Notes: generated from the sequence alone by a model not told the origin. 64,000 bases of DNA from Helicobacteraceae bacterium (GCA_027063225.1 JAMOSG010000022.1:53730-117729); one strand, 5' to 3'; counted from the stretch's first letter, positions 1-9,486 are shown. Program-made: numbers and translations.

Positions 1-28
1 TGACATTTATATTTTTTTTGTCTATAAT
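1..28 (+). promoter_or_regulatory. sigma70-type promoter of the tRNA operon
   Basis: (T)TGACA at 1-5 (cut by window edge), 17-bp spacer, TATAAT at 23-28, 35 bp before tRNA-Lys. Confidence 0.75.
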
Positions 29-63
29 TTCGCCATCTTAAACGAGAGATTAAGAAAAACCAA

Positions 64-139
64 GTCTTGTTAGCTCAGCTGGTAGAGCACGTCACTTTTA
101 ATGATGTGGCCGATGGTTCGAATCCATCACAGGACACCA
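64..139 (+). tRNA. tRNA-Lys(UUU)
   Basis: Cloverleaf; anticodon arm CGTCA-CTTTTAA-TGATG; GGTTCGAATCC T-arm; encoded CCA. Confidence 0.95.
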
Positions 140-151
140 TTTTTTAAAGAT

Positions 152-228
152 GCGGTGGTAGTTCAGTTGGTTAGAATACCTGCCTGTCACGCAGGGGGTC
201 GCGAGTTCGAATCTCGTCCACCGCGCCA
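152..228 (+). tRNA. tRNA-Asp(GUC)
   Basis: Cloverleaf; anticodon arm CCTGC-CTGTCAC-GCAGG; encoded CCA. Confidence 0.96.
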
Positions 229-238
229 CTTTAAAAAT

Positions 239-314
239 GGGCGCTTAGCTCAGTTGGTAGAGCGCTACCCTTACAAGGTAGATGTCACTGGTTCGAGTCC
301 AGTAGTGCCCACCA
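239..314 (+). tRNA. tRNA-Val(UAC)
   Basis: Cloverleaf; anticodon arm CTACC-CTTACAA-GGTAG; encoded CCA. Confidence 0.96.
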
Positions 315-348
315 TTTGTTTAACAAGCCTTTTGTTTGTGAAGAAAGT

Positions 349-424
349 GACCCTTTCGTCTAGTGGCCAAGGACACTATCACTTCATGGTAGTAACAGAG
401 GTTCAAATCCTTTAGGGGTCGCCA
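349..424 (+). tRNA. atypical tRNA-Glu(UUC) with A32/C33 anticodon loop
   Basis: Acceptor GACCCTT/AGGGGTC-G-CCA; Glu-type D arm GTCT-AGTGGCCAA-GGAC; anticodon arm CTATC-ACTTCAT-GGTAG; T arm AGAGG-TTCAAAT-CCTTT. Confidence 0.85.
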
Positions 425-456
425 TAAATTTGGTGTTTTATTTTTCCCATTCATTT

Positions 457-532
457 GGGCGCTTAGCTCAGTTGGTAGAGCGCTACCCTTACAAGGTAGA
501 TGTCACTGGTTCGAGTCCAGTAGTGCCCACCA
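457..532 (+). tRNA. tRNA-Val(UAC), identical second copy
   Basis: Same sequence as 239-314. Confidence 0.96.
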
Positions 533-548
533 TTCAAAAACTTTATGT

Positions 549-625
549 GCGGTGGTAGTTCAGTTGGTTAGAATACCTGCCTGTCACGCAGGGGGTCGCG
601 AGTTCGAATCTCGTCCACCGCGCCA
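549..625 (+). tRNA. tRNA-Asp(GUC), identical second copy
   Basis: Same sequence as 152-228. Confidence 0.96.
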
Positions 626-687
626 TAAACTTTTTTCTTCAAATCAATCTTTTTTCATTCTTCTAATCAATGATTTAAGATTATTTT

Positions 688-764
688 GCCGACATAGCTC
701 AGTTGGCTAGAGCAGCTGATTTGTAATCAGCAGGCCCGGGGTTCAAATCCTCGTGTCGGCACCA
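688..764 (+). tRNA. tRNA-Thr(UGU)
   Basis: Cloverleaf; anticodon arm GCTGA-TTTGTAA-TCAGC; encoded CCA. Confidence 0.95.
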
Positions 765-786
765 CTTTTTTATAAAGCATTATGTA

Positions 787-1650
787 ATGATTTTAAAACT
801 CCTTTTACTTTTTTTTATTGTAACATCACTTTTTAGTTTAGAATTAGAAAAAAAATATTATATAACTTCACGTAATATTATGCTTTCTTCTATTACTGGT
901 AACACTCAACAAGATAAAATACTTTTTACAATTCCTAAAGAGCGATATACAAAAAGAGTAAAAACAAAAAAACTTTTACAAATTTTACAACAATATAATT
1001 TACTATATAGTAAACCCCATTTTGCTTATGTGCAGTTTATTTATGAACCCCCTTTAGCAACAAAAGAGCTTCAAAGAAGTGTTGCAAAATTTTACAAAAA
1101 ATATTACAACACTTTAAATATTGAAAAAATCACTATACATCCTAGAGGATTTATTGAAAAACTTCCTTTAGGCTATAGTATTAAATTTCCACCTAGAAAC
1201 TATCTTCACCATAAAGGTATTTTTTCAATAAAGAGTGATAAACGTCAAATCTTTTTTGACTATAGTATAAAAGCTACTTTATTTGTCTATAAAACAAAAC
1301 AAAAAATTCAAAAAAATCAACCGCTTAATCGTTACAATACATACAAAACTAAAATCAATTTCAAAAAATTTCACACCCTTCCTTTAGAAAAATTACAACC
1401 AAATTCACTCCAGGCATCAAGATACCTCAAAAAAGAGACTCTCCTTACACACAAAGATGTTAGAGCACTTTTTTTAGTCAAAAAAGGGGAAAATATCAAT
1501 ATTTTTTATAAAAGTGGTGGCATAAGTATAAGTTTTAGTGCAAAGGCTATGCAAAATGGAATATTTAACGATATAATAAAGGCAAAAAACTCTAGTGGTA
1601 AAACGATTCAAGTAAAAATCATTGGAAGAAAAAGAGGTATGCTTTTATGA
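787..1650 (+). CDS. flgA: flagellar basal body P-ring formation chaperone FlgA
   Basis: Signal peptide; C-terminal LVKKGENI..AKAMQNG..DIIKAKNSSGK pattern; flgA-ubiX-coaD-tmk order typical of Campylobacterota. Confidence 0.85.
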   Translation: MILKLLLLFFIVTSLFSLELEKKYYITSRNIMLSSITGNTQQDKILFTIPKERYTKRVKTKKLLQILQQYNLLYSKPHFAYVQFIYEPPLATKELQRSVAKFYKKYYNTLNIEKITIHPRGFIEKLPLGYSIKFPPRNYLHHKGIFSIKSDKRQIFFDYSIKATLFVYKTKQKIQKNQPLNRYNTYKTKINFKKFHTLPLEKLQPNSLQASRYLKKETLLTHKDVRALFLVKKGENINIFYKSGGISISFSAKAMQNGIFNDIIKAKNSSGKTIQVKIIGRKRGMLL

Positions 1651-2168
1651 AACTTGTTGTTGGAGTAAGTGGTGCGAGTGGGGTAAATTTAACACTAAAA
1701 CTCCTTGAATATTTACCAAAATCGATTGAGACACACCTTATTTTAAGTGACAATGCCAAAGTGGTACTCTCAAAAGAGTTAAACCACATAACAACTCATA
1801 AAAATAGCAATATAGCAGCTTCAATAGCTTCTGGTTCATTTGGAGTTGATGCAATGATAATAGTGCCTTGTAGTATGAACACCCTTGCAAAGGTTGCTTG
1901 TGGCATTGCAGATAATCTACTCACACGTAGTGCAAGTGTGATGCTAAAAGAGCAAAAAAAGCTTATTTTAGCTCCACGTGAAATGCCCTACTCTGCTATT
2001 GCACTAGAAAATATGCACAAACTTGCCTCTTTAGGTGTCATAATAGCTCCCCCTGTTGTTGCATACTACTCAGAGCAACAAACTCTTGAAGATATGGAAG
2101 ATTTTTTTATTGGAAAATGGTTTGATCTACTTGGAATTGAGCACAATCTTTACAAAAGGTGGCAATAG
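1647..2168 (+). CDS. ubiX: UbiX-family flavin prenyltransferase
   Basis: GVSGASG, IASGS, PCSMNTLAK, PREMP motifs. Confidence 0.93.
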   Translation: MKLVVGVSGASGVNLTLKLLEYLPKSIETHLILSDNAKVVLSKELNHITTHKNSNIAASIASGSFGVDAMIIVPCSMNTLAKVACGIADNLLTRSASVMLKEQKKLILAPREMPYSAIALENMHKLASLGVIIAPPVVAYYSEQQTLEDMEDFFIGKWFDLLGIEHNLYKRWQ

Positions 2169-2645
2169 ATGAAAAAAATAGGCCTCTATCCTGGAACGTT
2201 TGATCCCATTACAAATGGGCATTTAGATATTATAGTTAGAGCTTTAAAAATTTTTGATGAAGTTGTTATAGCTATTGCACTTTCTCAAGAGAAAAAACCT
2301 ATGTTTGAACTCCAAAAACGCTTAGAGATGGCACAAAATGCTACAAAACATTTAAACAATGTTAATGTTGTTAGTTTTGATACACTCACCGTAGAATTAG
2401 CAAAAAAACACCATGCAACTGCACTTATACGCGGGCTTAGAACCAATACGGATTTTGAGTATGAAGTGCAACTTAACTACCTTAATAACTCACTCGATAA
2501 AGATTTAGAGACAATCTACCTTATGCCAAAGCTAGAACACAGTTTTATTAGCTCATCAGGTGTTAGAGCACTGTTAAAATTTGGTGGAGCATACCAACAC
2601 TTAGTACCACAAGAGGTGGTAGATATTATTCAAAAGAGGATTTAA
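2169..2645 (+). CDS. coaD: pantetheine-phosphate adenylyltransferase
   Basis: YPGTFDPITNGH, RGLR..DFEYE, ISSS. Confidence 0.96.
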   Translation: MKKIGLYPGTFDPITNGHLDIIVRALKIFDEVVIAIALSQEKKPMFELQKRLEMAQNATKHLNNVNVVSFDTLTVELAKKHHATALIRGLRTNTDFEYEVQLNYLNNSLDKDLETIYLMPKLEHSFISSSGVRALLKFGGAYQHLVPQEVVDIIQKRI

Positions 2646-3223
2646 TGTATATTGCAATAGAAGGGATAGACACAGCTGGAAAATCAACACAAATAGAGGC
2701 TCTTACAAACCATTTTAGCGATGCTATTGTTACAAAAGAGCCAGGTGCTACACCTATTGGAGTAAAAATACGTGAACTTGTTTTAGAAGGAAAAGGCTCT
2801 GCAAAAACTGAACTTCTTCTTTTTTTAGCAGATAGAGCTGAGCATATTGCTACTGTTATTGAGCCTAACTATAAAAATAAACTTATCCTTAGCGACAGAA
2901 GTGCAGTAAGTGGCATAGCATATGCACTCCAGCAAAATATTTTTAGTAAAGAAAAACTTGTAGAGCTTAACCATTTTGCAACAAATAAACTCTACCCAGA
3001 TACTGTTTTTTTACTCCAACTTACACAAAAAGAGTTAGAGTTTCGTCTCTCCCAAAAAACACTCGATGGTATCGAGTTGCGTGGTGTAGAATATCTTTTA
3101 AAAATACAACAAAATCTTATAGAAGCAGCAAACCTTTTAGATATAAACTTAGTTATTATTGATGCAACAAAGCCAAAAGAGAAAATCACTCAAGAGATTT
3201 TAGAGTATTTAAACAATAATTAG
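2645..3223 (+). CDS. tmk: dTMP kinase
   Basis: EGIDTAGKSTQ P-loop, KEPG, LFLADR, SDR. Confidence 0.95.
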   Translation: MYIAIEGIDTAGKSTQIEALTNHFSDAIVTKEPGATPIGVKIRELVLEGKGSAKTELLLFLADRAEHIATVIEPNYKNKLILSDRSAVSGIAYALQQNIFSKEKLVELNHFATNKLYPDTVFLLQLTQKELEFRLSQKTLDGIELRGVEYLLKIQQNLIEAANLLDINLVIIDATKPKEKITQEILEYLNNN

Positions 3224-3259
3224 CTAAAATTGCACCACTATAAAAAAAGCGAGAAGATA

Positions 3260-4366
3260 TTGCCTCTACATTTAGAAACAAAAACTGAGCACTTTACAAA
3301 CCCTCTTTATTTAGAGAGTGGCCGTATTCTTGAACCATACGATATTACCTATGAAACGTATGGGCAGATGAATGAAGACAAAAGTAATATTGTTGTAGTT
3401 TGCCACGCTCTTACAGGTTCACACCACGCTGCTGGAGTATATGAAGGTGAAAGCAAAGCTGGCTGGTGGGATGGACTTATTGGACCAGGTAAAGCAATAG
3501 ATACAGATAAATATTTTGTAATATGTTCTAATGTTATTGGAAGCTGTTTTGGCTCAACTGGGCCAATTTCTAAAACACCTAACCATCAAGAGTACTACCG
3601 CTATAAATTTCCAGTAGTTACTATTAAAGATATGGTAAAAGCACAACGCATTTTATTTGATAGACTTGATATTCACCGTGTTCATGCTATTATTGGTGGG
3701 AGTATGGGTGGTATGCAAGCACTCCAATTTGCAATTCACTACCCTAACTTTGCACAAAAAGTTATAGCAATGGCAACAACTCATGCAACACAACCATGGG
3801 CTATTGCATTTAACAAAGTAGCACAAGAAGCAATTTTAAAAGACCCTGAATTTCAAGATGGTTACTACGACCCTGAAGTTATAAAAGAGCAAGGGCTTAG
3901 TGGAATGGCTGTTGGGAGAATGGCTGGGCATATTAGCTTTTTATCGCACGAATCTATGGGAAAAAAATTTGGTAGAGAGTACAAACGTACAGATGGACTT
4001 TATGAGCTTTTTGGCAAATTTCAAGTAGAATCGTACCTAGAGTACAACGGATACAACTTTACAAAATGGTTTGACCCTCTTTCTTATCTCTACATTACAA
4101 AAGCTATTAACATTTATGATATTTCACGTGGATTTGATTCTTTAGAAGATGCACTTAAAAAAATTAAAAGTGAACTTCACCTTTTTAGTTTTAAAAATGA
4201 CCTACTTTTTAAAAACTTTGAGATGAAAGAGTTAGCAGAAGCTTTAAGTGGTATTCAAAACAAAAACTTCTCTTATACTGACATAGAGAGTGACTATGGG
4301 CATGATGCTTTTTTAGTTGAACTAGAAAAATTTGAAGATGATATTAAGGATATTTTAAATGGCTAA
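3260..4366 (+). CDS. metX: homoserine O-acetyltransferase
   Basis: CHALTG, GWWD, GGSMGG nucleophile elbow, YGHDAFL; start placed at in-frame TTG 3260 after GAGAAG (ORF opens at 3230). Confidence 0.92.
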   Translation: MPLHLETKTEHFTNPLYLESGRILEPYDITYETYGQMNEDKSNIVVVCHALTGSHHAAGVYEGESKAGWWDGLIGPGKAIDTDKYFVICSNVIGSCFGSTGPISKTPNHQEYYRYKFPVVTIKDMVKAQRILFDRLDIHRVHAIIGGSMGGMQALQFAIHYPNFAQKVIAMATTHATQPWAIAFNKVAQEAILKDPEFQDGYYDPEVIKEQGLSGMAVGRMAGHISFLSHESMGKKFGREYKRTDGLYELFGKFQVESYLEYNGYNFTKWFDPLSYLYITKAINIYDISRGFDSLEDALKKIKSELHLFSFKNDLLFKNFEMKELAEALSGIQNKNFSYTDIESDYGHDAFLVELEKFEDDIKDILNG

Positions 4367-4544
4367 AGCAGATTTTGAAAAAAGATTACAAAATGCAAAA
4401 GAGATTGTAGAGGAGTTGATGCAACCAGAAATCACTCTTACAAATAGCATTAAAGCATATGAAAAAGGGATGAAAGAGCTTCAAGAAGCACAAAAACTTT
4501 TAGAAGAAGCTAAGCTTAAAGTGACTCAAATAAAGGGTAACTAA
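4359..4544 (+). CDS. xseB: exodeoxyribonuclease VII small subunit
   Basis: FE..L.....IV..L....TL..SIKAYEKG pattern, 61 aa. Confidence 0.88.
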   Translation: MAKADFEKRLQNAKEIVEELMQPEITLTNSIKAYEKGMKELQEAQKLLEEAKLKVTQIKGN

Positions 4545-4546
4545 CT

Positions 4547-5338
4547 ATGAAAATAGCAGCTCTTCAACTCAGTGCACAAGGTCTTAGTAGCACAAAACTT
4601 TACAAGTATATTCGCAATGCAAACCGTCAAGGGGTAAAACTTCTTCTTTTAGGTGAGTATGTGCTAAACCCTTTTTTTAAAGAGTTAGAGACTCTGTCTA
4701 TCTCGATGATAAAAGAGCAAGCACAAAACCAAATAAAAGTTTTAAAAGAGTTAGCACAAGGGTATAATTTAACTATTGTAGCTCCAATTGTCTTGGTAAA
4801 GAAAAACAAGCTTTATAAAACAGTTGCAAAATTTGCTCCAAATTCAACATCTTACTACCATCAACAAATTCTTATTAACTATCCCCATTGGAATGAGGAA
4901 AAATACTTCTCAAATGAGATTGCACCTTTAGAAACTCCCCTTGTCTTTAAAGTAGATAAAATAAAATTTGCAGTTATTAGTGGTTTTGAGATCCATTTTG
5001 ATGAGATTTTTGCATTTTTAAAAAATAAAAATATAGACTGCCTTTTAGTTCCAAGTGTTTCAACATTTGATTCTTATGAAAGATGGAAGTCACTTTTACA
5101 AACAAGAGCTTTTACAAATAACTTTTATATTTTACGTGCAAATAGAATTGGAGAGTATCAAGAAAAAGATTTTAACTGGGAATTTTATGGAGATTCTCTC
5201 TTTATTGCTCCAAATGGTGAAATAGTGGAACATTTAGGCAATAAAGAGGAGTTTATGATAGCTCAGTTAGAACATAGCGAAGTGATAAAAGCTAAAAAAC
5301 TTTGGGGCTTTGCAGAGCAAATTAAAAAACGCTCCTAA
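4547..5338 (+). CDS. carbon-nitrogen hydrolase (nitrilase-fold) family protein
   Basis: MKIAALQ start, LLGEY, RAFTN..YILRANRIG, FYGDS..IAPNG; the usual catalytic Cys position reads SGFE. Confidence 0.8.
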   Translation: MKIAALQLSAQGLSSTKLYKYIRNANRQGVKLLLLGEYVLNPFFKELETLSISMIKEQAQNQIKVLKELAQGYNLTIVAPIVLVKKNKLYKTVAKFAPNSTSYYHQQILINYPHWNEEKYFSNEIAPLETPLVFKVDKIKFAVISGFEIHFDEIFAFLKNKNIDCLLVPSVSTFDSYERWKSLLQTRAFTNNFYILRANRIGEYQEKDFNWEFYGDSLFIAPNGEIVEHLGNKEEFMIAQLEHSEVIKAKKLWGFAEQIKKRS

Positions 5339-6303
5339 AGCCACACCCCATTTACCAAAACATATCTTACAACATAAAACGTTACACTCAAAACATACAA
5401 ACTTAAAAACAAAAGTGAAGTTTTATAGTAACTTTGTTGCATCTTTTTAGTTGCTGGAACAAATGCAACTGCTAAACCATGAAATGTCCCTAAAAATAAA
5501 AATGTATATAAAAAATACCCAACATAATTATAATCTTTTTGTAAAAAACAAAATGGGCAATGGTGTGTTGGCATTTCATAGATGTATGTTCCAAAAAACA
5601 TAATAAGTGTTGCTAAAGATACGACAATAAATACAAGATTTAAAAGAGCAAATAGATTTTCTTTTTTTAACACATAACTCATAATAATTGCTAAAAATAA
5701 AAAGTAAAACAGACCTACTAAATAACTACTACCAAAACTTCTCATAACCACAGAGAGATAACTCTGTGAAGCAAAAGAGTAAATAGTTCCACAACAATCT
5801 ACCAAAGTGTTAACATCAAGTGAACTAAAAAGGGCAAACTCTAAAACAATCTCTGCTAAAAATGGGAAAAACAACACACTAAAAAGGGCAAATTTTATGC
5901 GTGTGTAGGGTTGAAGCTCGTTAGCTTCATCTACTTTATGTAGATATAACCAATATAAAAAAAGATAGATATTAAAAATTTTTAATACTAAAAGGTATGT
6001 TCCATACGGTGTTGCATTAATTACCCCTGCAGCACACATAGCACCATTTAAAATAGTGGAGAGTTCATCTAAAATAAACACAAAAAACAAAATAAGTGGA
6101 ATTTTTAGTGCCAAAATATATTTTATTATTACTGCACCCAAATAGCTTTGTTTTACTAAAGTATATTGCCTTTTTGTGGTTGCATTGCTATCCCAAAACA
6201 AAGCAATTTTTAAACTTAAAATAAAAGCTATAAATCCAAAAAAAAGAAAAACAACATCAAGCAGTAAAAGTGCGATAATTTCAGGGTTTAGTATGCCACT
6301 CAC
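5335..6303 (-). CDS. polytopic membrane protein with Cys/His motifs, in the NosL/ABC operon
   Basis: About 8 hydrophobic segments; GAMCAAG, DCCG, HHCPFC motifs; overlaps the ABC ATPase gene. Confidence 0.75.
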   Translation of the reverse strand: MSGILNPEIIALLLLDVVFLFFGFIAFILSLKIALFWDSNATTKRQYTLVKQSYLGAVIIKYILALKIPLILFFVFILDELSTILNGAMCAAGVINATPYGTYLLVLKIFNIYLFLYWLYLHKVDEANELQPYTRIKFALFSVLFFPFLAEIVLEFALFSSLDVNTLVDCCGTIYSFASQSYLSVVMRSFGSSYLVGLFYFLFLAIIMSYVLKKENLFALLNLVFIVVSLATLIMFFGTYIYEMPTHHCPFCFLQKDYNYVGYFLYTFLFLGTFHGLAVAFVPATKKMQQSYYKTSLLFLSLYVLSVTFYVVRYVLVNGVWL

Positions 6304-6956
6304 ACAATCACTCCATTTTTTACTTCCACTTCCCTATCTACAAAATCTAAACCAAAAAATAATGGGTCGTGTGTTGCTATAACAATAGTTTTTTTCTCTT
6401 TTTTTAACTCTCTTAAAATCTCTATAAAATTTGCAGAGAGTTTTGCATCAAGGTTTGCTGTTGGTTCATCTGCTAAAATAATTTTTGGGTTATTGACATT
6501 TGCACGTGCAATAGCAACACGCTGTTGCTCTCCCCCTGAGAGTTGCTTTACTATAACATTTTTTTTATGTGCTATCTCAAAGCGATCCATCGCATTTTGC
6601 ACAAGGAAGCTAAACTCTTTTGGTGGCAAATTTGAAGGGATAAGTGGCGTTGCAATATTTTCATAAACACTTAAATTCTCAATAAGATGAAACTTTTGAA
6701 AAATAAACCCAATATTTTCTCGTCTATAGAGTGCTGCAAAGTTATCTGGTAGTTTTGAAATAACCTTATTATCTACTACAACCTCCCCTGTTGTTGGTTT
6801 ACCAAGTGCTGCAATAAGTGAGAGCATTGTACTTTTACCACTTCCACTTGCACCTTTGAGTACAACTAACTCACCCTCTTTTATTTGTAAACTTACATTA
6901 TCTAGTGCTTTTTGATTTGGTACATACTCTTTTGTAATATTTTTTAACTCTATCAT
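6300..6956 (-). CDS. ABC transporter ATP-binding protein (LolD/MacB-like)
   Basis: GASGSGKS, LSGGEQQRVAIAR, ILADEPTANLD, ATHD. Confidence 0.93.
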   Translation of the reverse strand: MIELKNITKEYVPNQKALDNVSLQIKEGELVVLKGASGSGKSTMLSLIAALGKPTTGEVVVDNKVISKLPDNFAALYRRENIGFIFQKFHLIENLSVYENIATPLIPSNLPPKEFSFLVQNAMDRFEIAHKKNVIVKQLSGGEQQRVAIARANVNNPKIILADEPTANLDAKLSANFIEILRELKKEKKTIVIATHDPLFFGLDFVDREVEVKNGVIV

Positions 6957-8131
6957 CTTAACAACTCATCTACATCTAATGTTGCAACTCTCCATGTAGG
7001 AATAATTGTTGCAGCTATATATATTGGCACACTCATAAAAAAGATAAGAAAAAATGTTTGTGCATCAAATACAAATGGAAGTGCTATTTGCGGTTTTATT
7101 TGTGATGAACCTACAAAAATATCAAAAATAATTGATGCATCAAAACTATAAACATAAAACATAGCTCCAATAACACCTAAAGCATATGCAAAAAATGACA
7201 ATATAAAAGCTTCATAAAATTTGTATTGTAAAATATCATTCACTCTCCACCCTATCGCTTTTAAAATACCCACTTCACTTTTTTCTTGACTTGTAACACC
7301 ACTTACTTTATCATAGACAATCATAAAAAATGTAAAAAGAGTTACAACAAAAAGTAAAAGGAAAAACCCACCTCTATAACTCAACAACTTGTCATATTCA
7401 ACAAAAAGATTCTCTTTTGTGGTGATTTTCGCAGTTGGAAATAGCGTTCTTATTTTTGCAACAATGGTTGGTATCTCTTTTTTATTAGCTACAAATAGAG
7501 CAAAATCTACCACTTTGTTGTCATCTATTGCTAAAACTTTTTTTGCACTCTCTTTTGTTAGCAACATAACATCATCACTCCATAAAGCGGAATCTTTGGA
7601 GAGTTGTCCTGCAATTTTTAAACGCATATTTGTGGCATCTGGCAATAGAAAATGAAACTCTTTTTCGTAGTAAAATTTTTGTAAAACCTTTTTGACACCG
7701 TTACCAATAAACATAGTATCATCTTGCAATTTTGAAGCATCTTTTACAAAGTTTGGATTACTATTTTGTTCAAACTCATCTACTCCTACAATAGCAAAAT
7801 CTGTATTCGCCTGAAAAAAGTGGTAATACCCCCACACCCTTCCAACAACATCTTGCACCCCTGCAATAGCTAGAAGTTCATCTGCTAAATCTTCCTCTAC
7901 ACTTACAACTCTGCCACCCTCTAATTGTTGCACTACAATATCTGGCATCACACCAATCGCATCATCAAACTGATACAAAAGGGAGTTTCTTACAAAAAAA
8001 ACACTACTAAGTAAAAAAATAATAAAACTAAGGACAGAAAATAAAAAGATATTTCTTCTTTTTTGACGTGTAAGAGAATCAAGTGCGTATTCAAGAAGGT
8101 AAAAATTAATTTTTTTCACTTTTGGCTCCAC
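6953..8131 (-). CDS. FtsX/LolC-like ABC permease
   Basis: One TM, large periplasmic domain, three TMs; EVGILKAIGW motif. Confidence 0.88.
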   Translation of the reverse strand: MEPKVKKINFYLLEYALDSLTRQKRRNIFLFSVLSFIIFLLSSVFFVRNSLLYQFDDAIGVMPDIVVQQLEGGRVVSVEEDLADELLAIAGVQDVVGRVWGYYHFFQANTDFAIVGVDEFEQNSNPNFVKDASKLQDDTMFIGNGVKKVLQKFYYEKEFHFLLPDATNMRLKIAGQLSKDSALWSDDVMLLTKESAKKVLAIDDNKVVDFALFVANKKEIPTIVAKIRTLFPTAKITTKENLFVEYDKLLSYRGGFFLLLFVVTLFTFFMIVYDKVSGVTSQEKSEVGILKAIGWRVNDILQYKFYEAFILSFFAYALGVIGAMFYVYSFDASIIFDIFVGSSQIKPQIALPFVFDAQTFFLIFFMSVPIYIAATIIPTWRVATLDVDELLR

Positions 8132-8385
8132 CCTTTAAGACTATAGTTTACTTCAAAAAGTGCACTATTATAAGGTTTTTTACTAAAACTACCATTTAAA
8201 AATCTACTTGAACTATTTTCACGAAACAAAGCACTCTGAGTTAATGCCGTTTTTCCTAAAAATGAATATGTCGCACTATTGTGTAAAGGTTTCTTTTTAG
8301 CATAAAAAAAACTTATGCTAAAAAGAAAAAAAAGCACAACAGATGCACTTAAAAGAAATGTAGTTTTTAAAAAAAATCTATTCAT
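8116..8385 (-). CDS. small membrane-anchored hypothetical protein
   Basis: N-terminal TM segment; overlaps both neighbours in the operon. Confidence 0.6.
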   Translation of the reverse strand: MNRFFLKTTFLLSASVVLFFLFSISFFYAKKKPLHNSATYSFLGKTALTQSALFRENSSSRFLNGSFSKKPYNSALFEVNYSLKGWSQK

Positions 8386-9457
8386 CTAAACTATAAACTA
8401 GTTTTGGAGTAATTTGGCTAAAAGAAAGAATCTCTTTACCTTGATGATCCATAGAAAATGTTTGTGCTGCTTTTTTTGTACTAAAAGGGATAAGCTCATT
8501 ACCCATTGGACCATACACATTACTTCCAACTACATAATAAGCATCTTTTGCTACAATAGTTTTTTGTGTGTAGTAATCTCTTACTAAAATTTTCTCAATC
8601 CCATCTTTATGTTTAAAATAGTATTTCATTAAATCTTTTACACCATCAAAAGAGTAGTGTTTATGTGCATAAAAAATTTGTGCTGCCCATTGAGGGTATT
8701 TGTAAACAAACATTCCACATACAGGACATTTTTCATCTTTTGTAACAAAAATATCATCTGCTAATATTTGTTTATGCACTCTTTTTACATCCCATAAATA
8801 AAGTGCTACAGCTTGTAGAGGTTTTTCTTTTAATTTTTTACACTCTTTTTTAAGATCTACTTTAAGTTCATTAATAGCATGATATTTTTCTAAATCTAGG
8901 TGAGCATTGTGACATTTTTTATGAAAAATTTTCTCCCCCATTGGGTACATTTTTTTATGTTTTTTCATATTCACCATAGCGATATCTTTATCAAGTGAAT
9001 TTTGTGCCATAGCAAGTGCCTCTTTAAAAGAAACTATCTTTCCACCACGTTTTTTAGCAAAAGCCTCTGCATCTTTTTTAGAGCCAAATGCAATTTTACT
9101 CACTTTAGACATTGTCCCTTTTATGCGTGAACCAACAACGTAGTATGCTTGAAGCGCAGGAATAAGCTTTTGCGTTTTAGCATCAACCACTTTTACATCT
9201 TCAAGCTTAATGTTATGTTTGTGCATATCAACCGCTAAACAACGAATAGAACAATATTGGTGCATATCTCCATTTTCAAGCTTTGCAGCATGAGAAGTTT
9301 TATAAAACATTTTTAAGTTCATTCCACAAACATTACACCACATCTTTTGTGGACCTTTTTGTACAAGTACAGGTTTAAGCGTTGCCTTTTTTGTAAAGTG
9401 TTCTGAAGCAAAACTACTTATGGCTAAAACCATTAAAACAAGTAAAACTCTTTTCAT
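8378..9457 (-). CDS. nosL: tandem NosL-domain periplasmic metal-binding protein
   Basis: Signal peptide; two CxxCGM domains (CNVCGM..YCSIRCL; CPVCGM..FDGVKD..GPMGNELIPF). Confidence 0.85.
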   Translation of the reverse strand: MKRVLLVLMVLAISSFASEHFTKKATLKPVLVQKGPQKMWCNVCGMNLKMFYKTSHAAKLENGDMHQYCSIRCLAVDMHKHNIKLEDVKVVDAKTQKLIPALQAYYVVGSRIKGTMSKVSKIAFGSKKDAEAFAKKRGGKIVSFKEALAMAQNSLDKDIAMVNMKKHKKMYPMGEKIFHKKCHNAHLDLEKYHAINELKVDLKKECKKLKEKPLQAVALYLWDVKRVHKQILADDIFVTKDEKCPVCGMFVYKYPQWAAQIFYAHKHYSFDGVKDLMKYYFKHKDGIEKILVRDYYTQKTIVAKDAYYVVGSNVYGPMGNELIPFSTKKAAQTFSMDHQGKEILSFSQITPKLVYSLDE

Positions 9458-9486
9458 ATTTTATTCTCCATTAAATTTAATACCGC

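Noticed and set aside
376-392. Reading the atypical tRNA as anticodon UCA (Sec or opal suppressor)
   Set aside because: The stem CTATC/GGTAG centres TTC in the loop; shifting breaks pairing, and there is no long variable arm.
101-415. 104-aa ORF
   Set aside because: Overlaps four tRNA genes; spurious.
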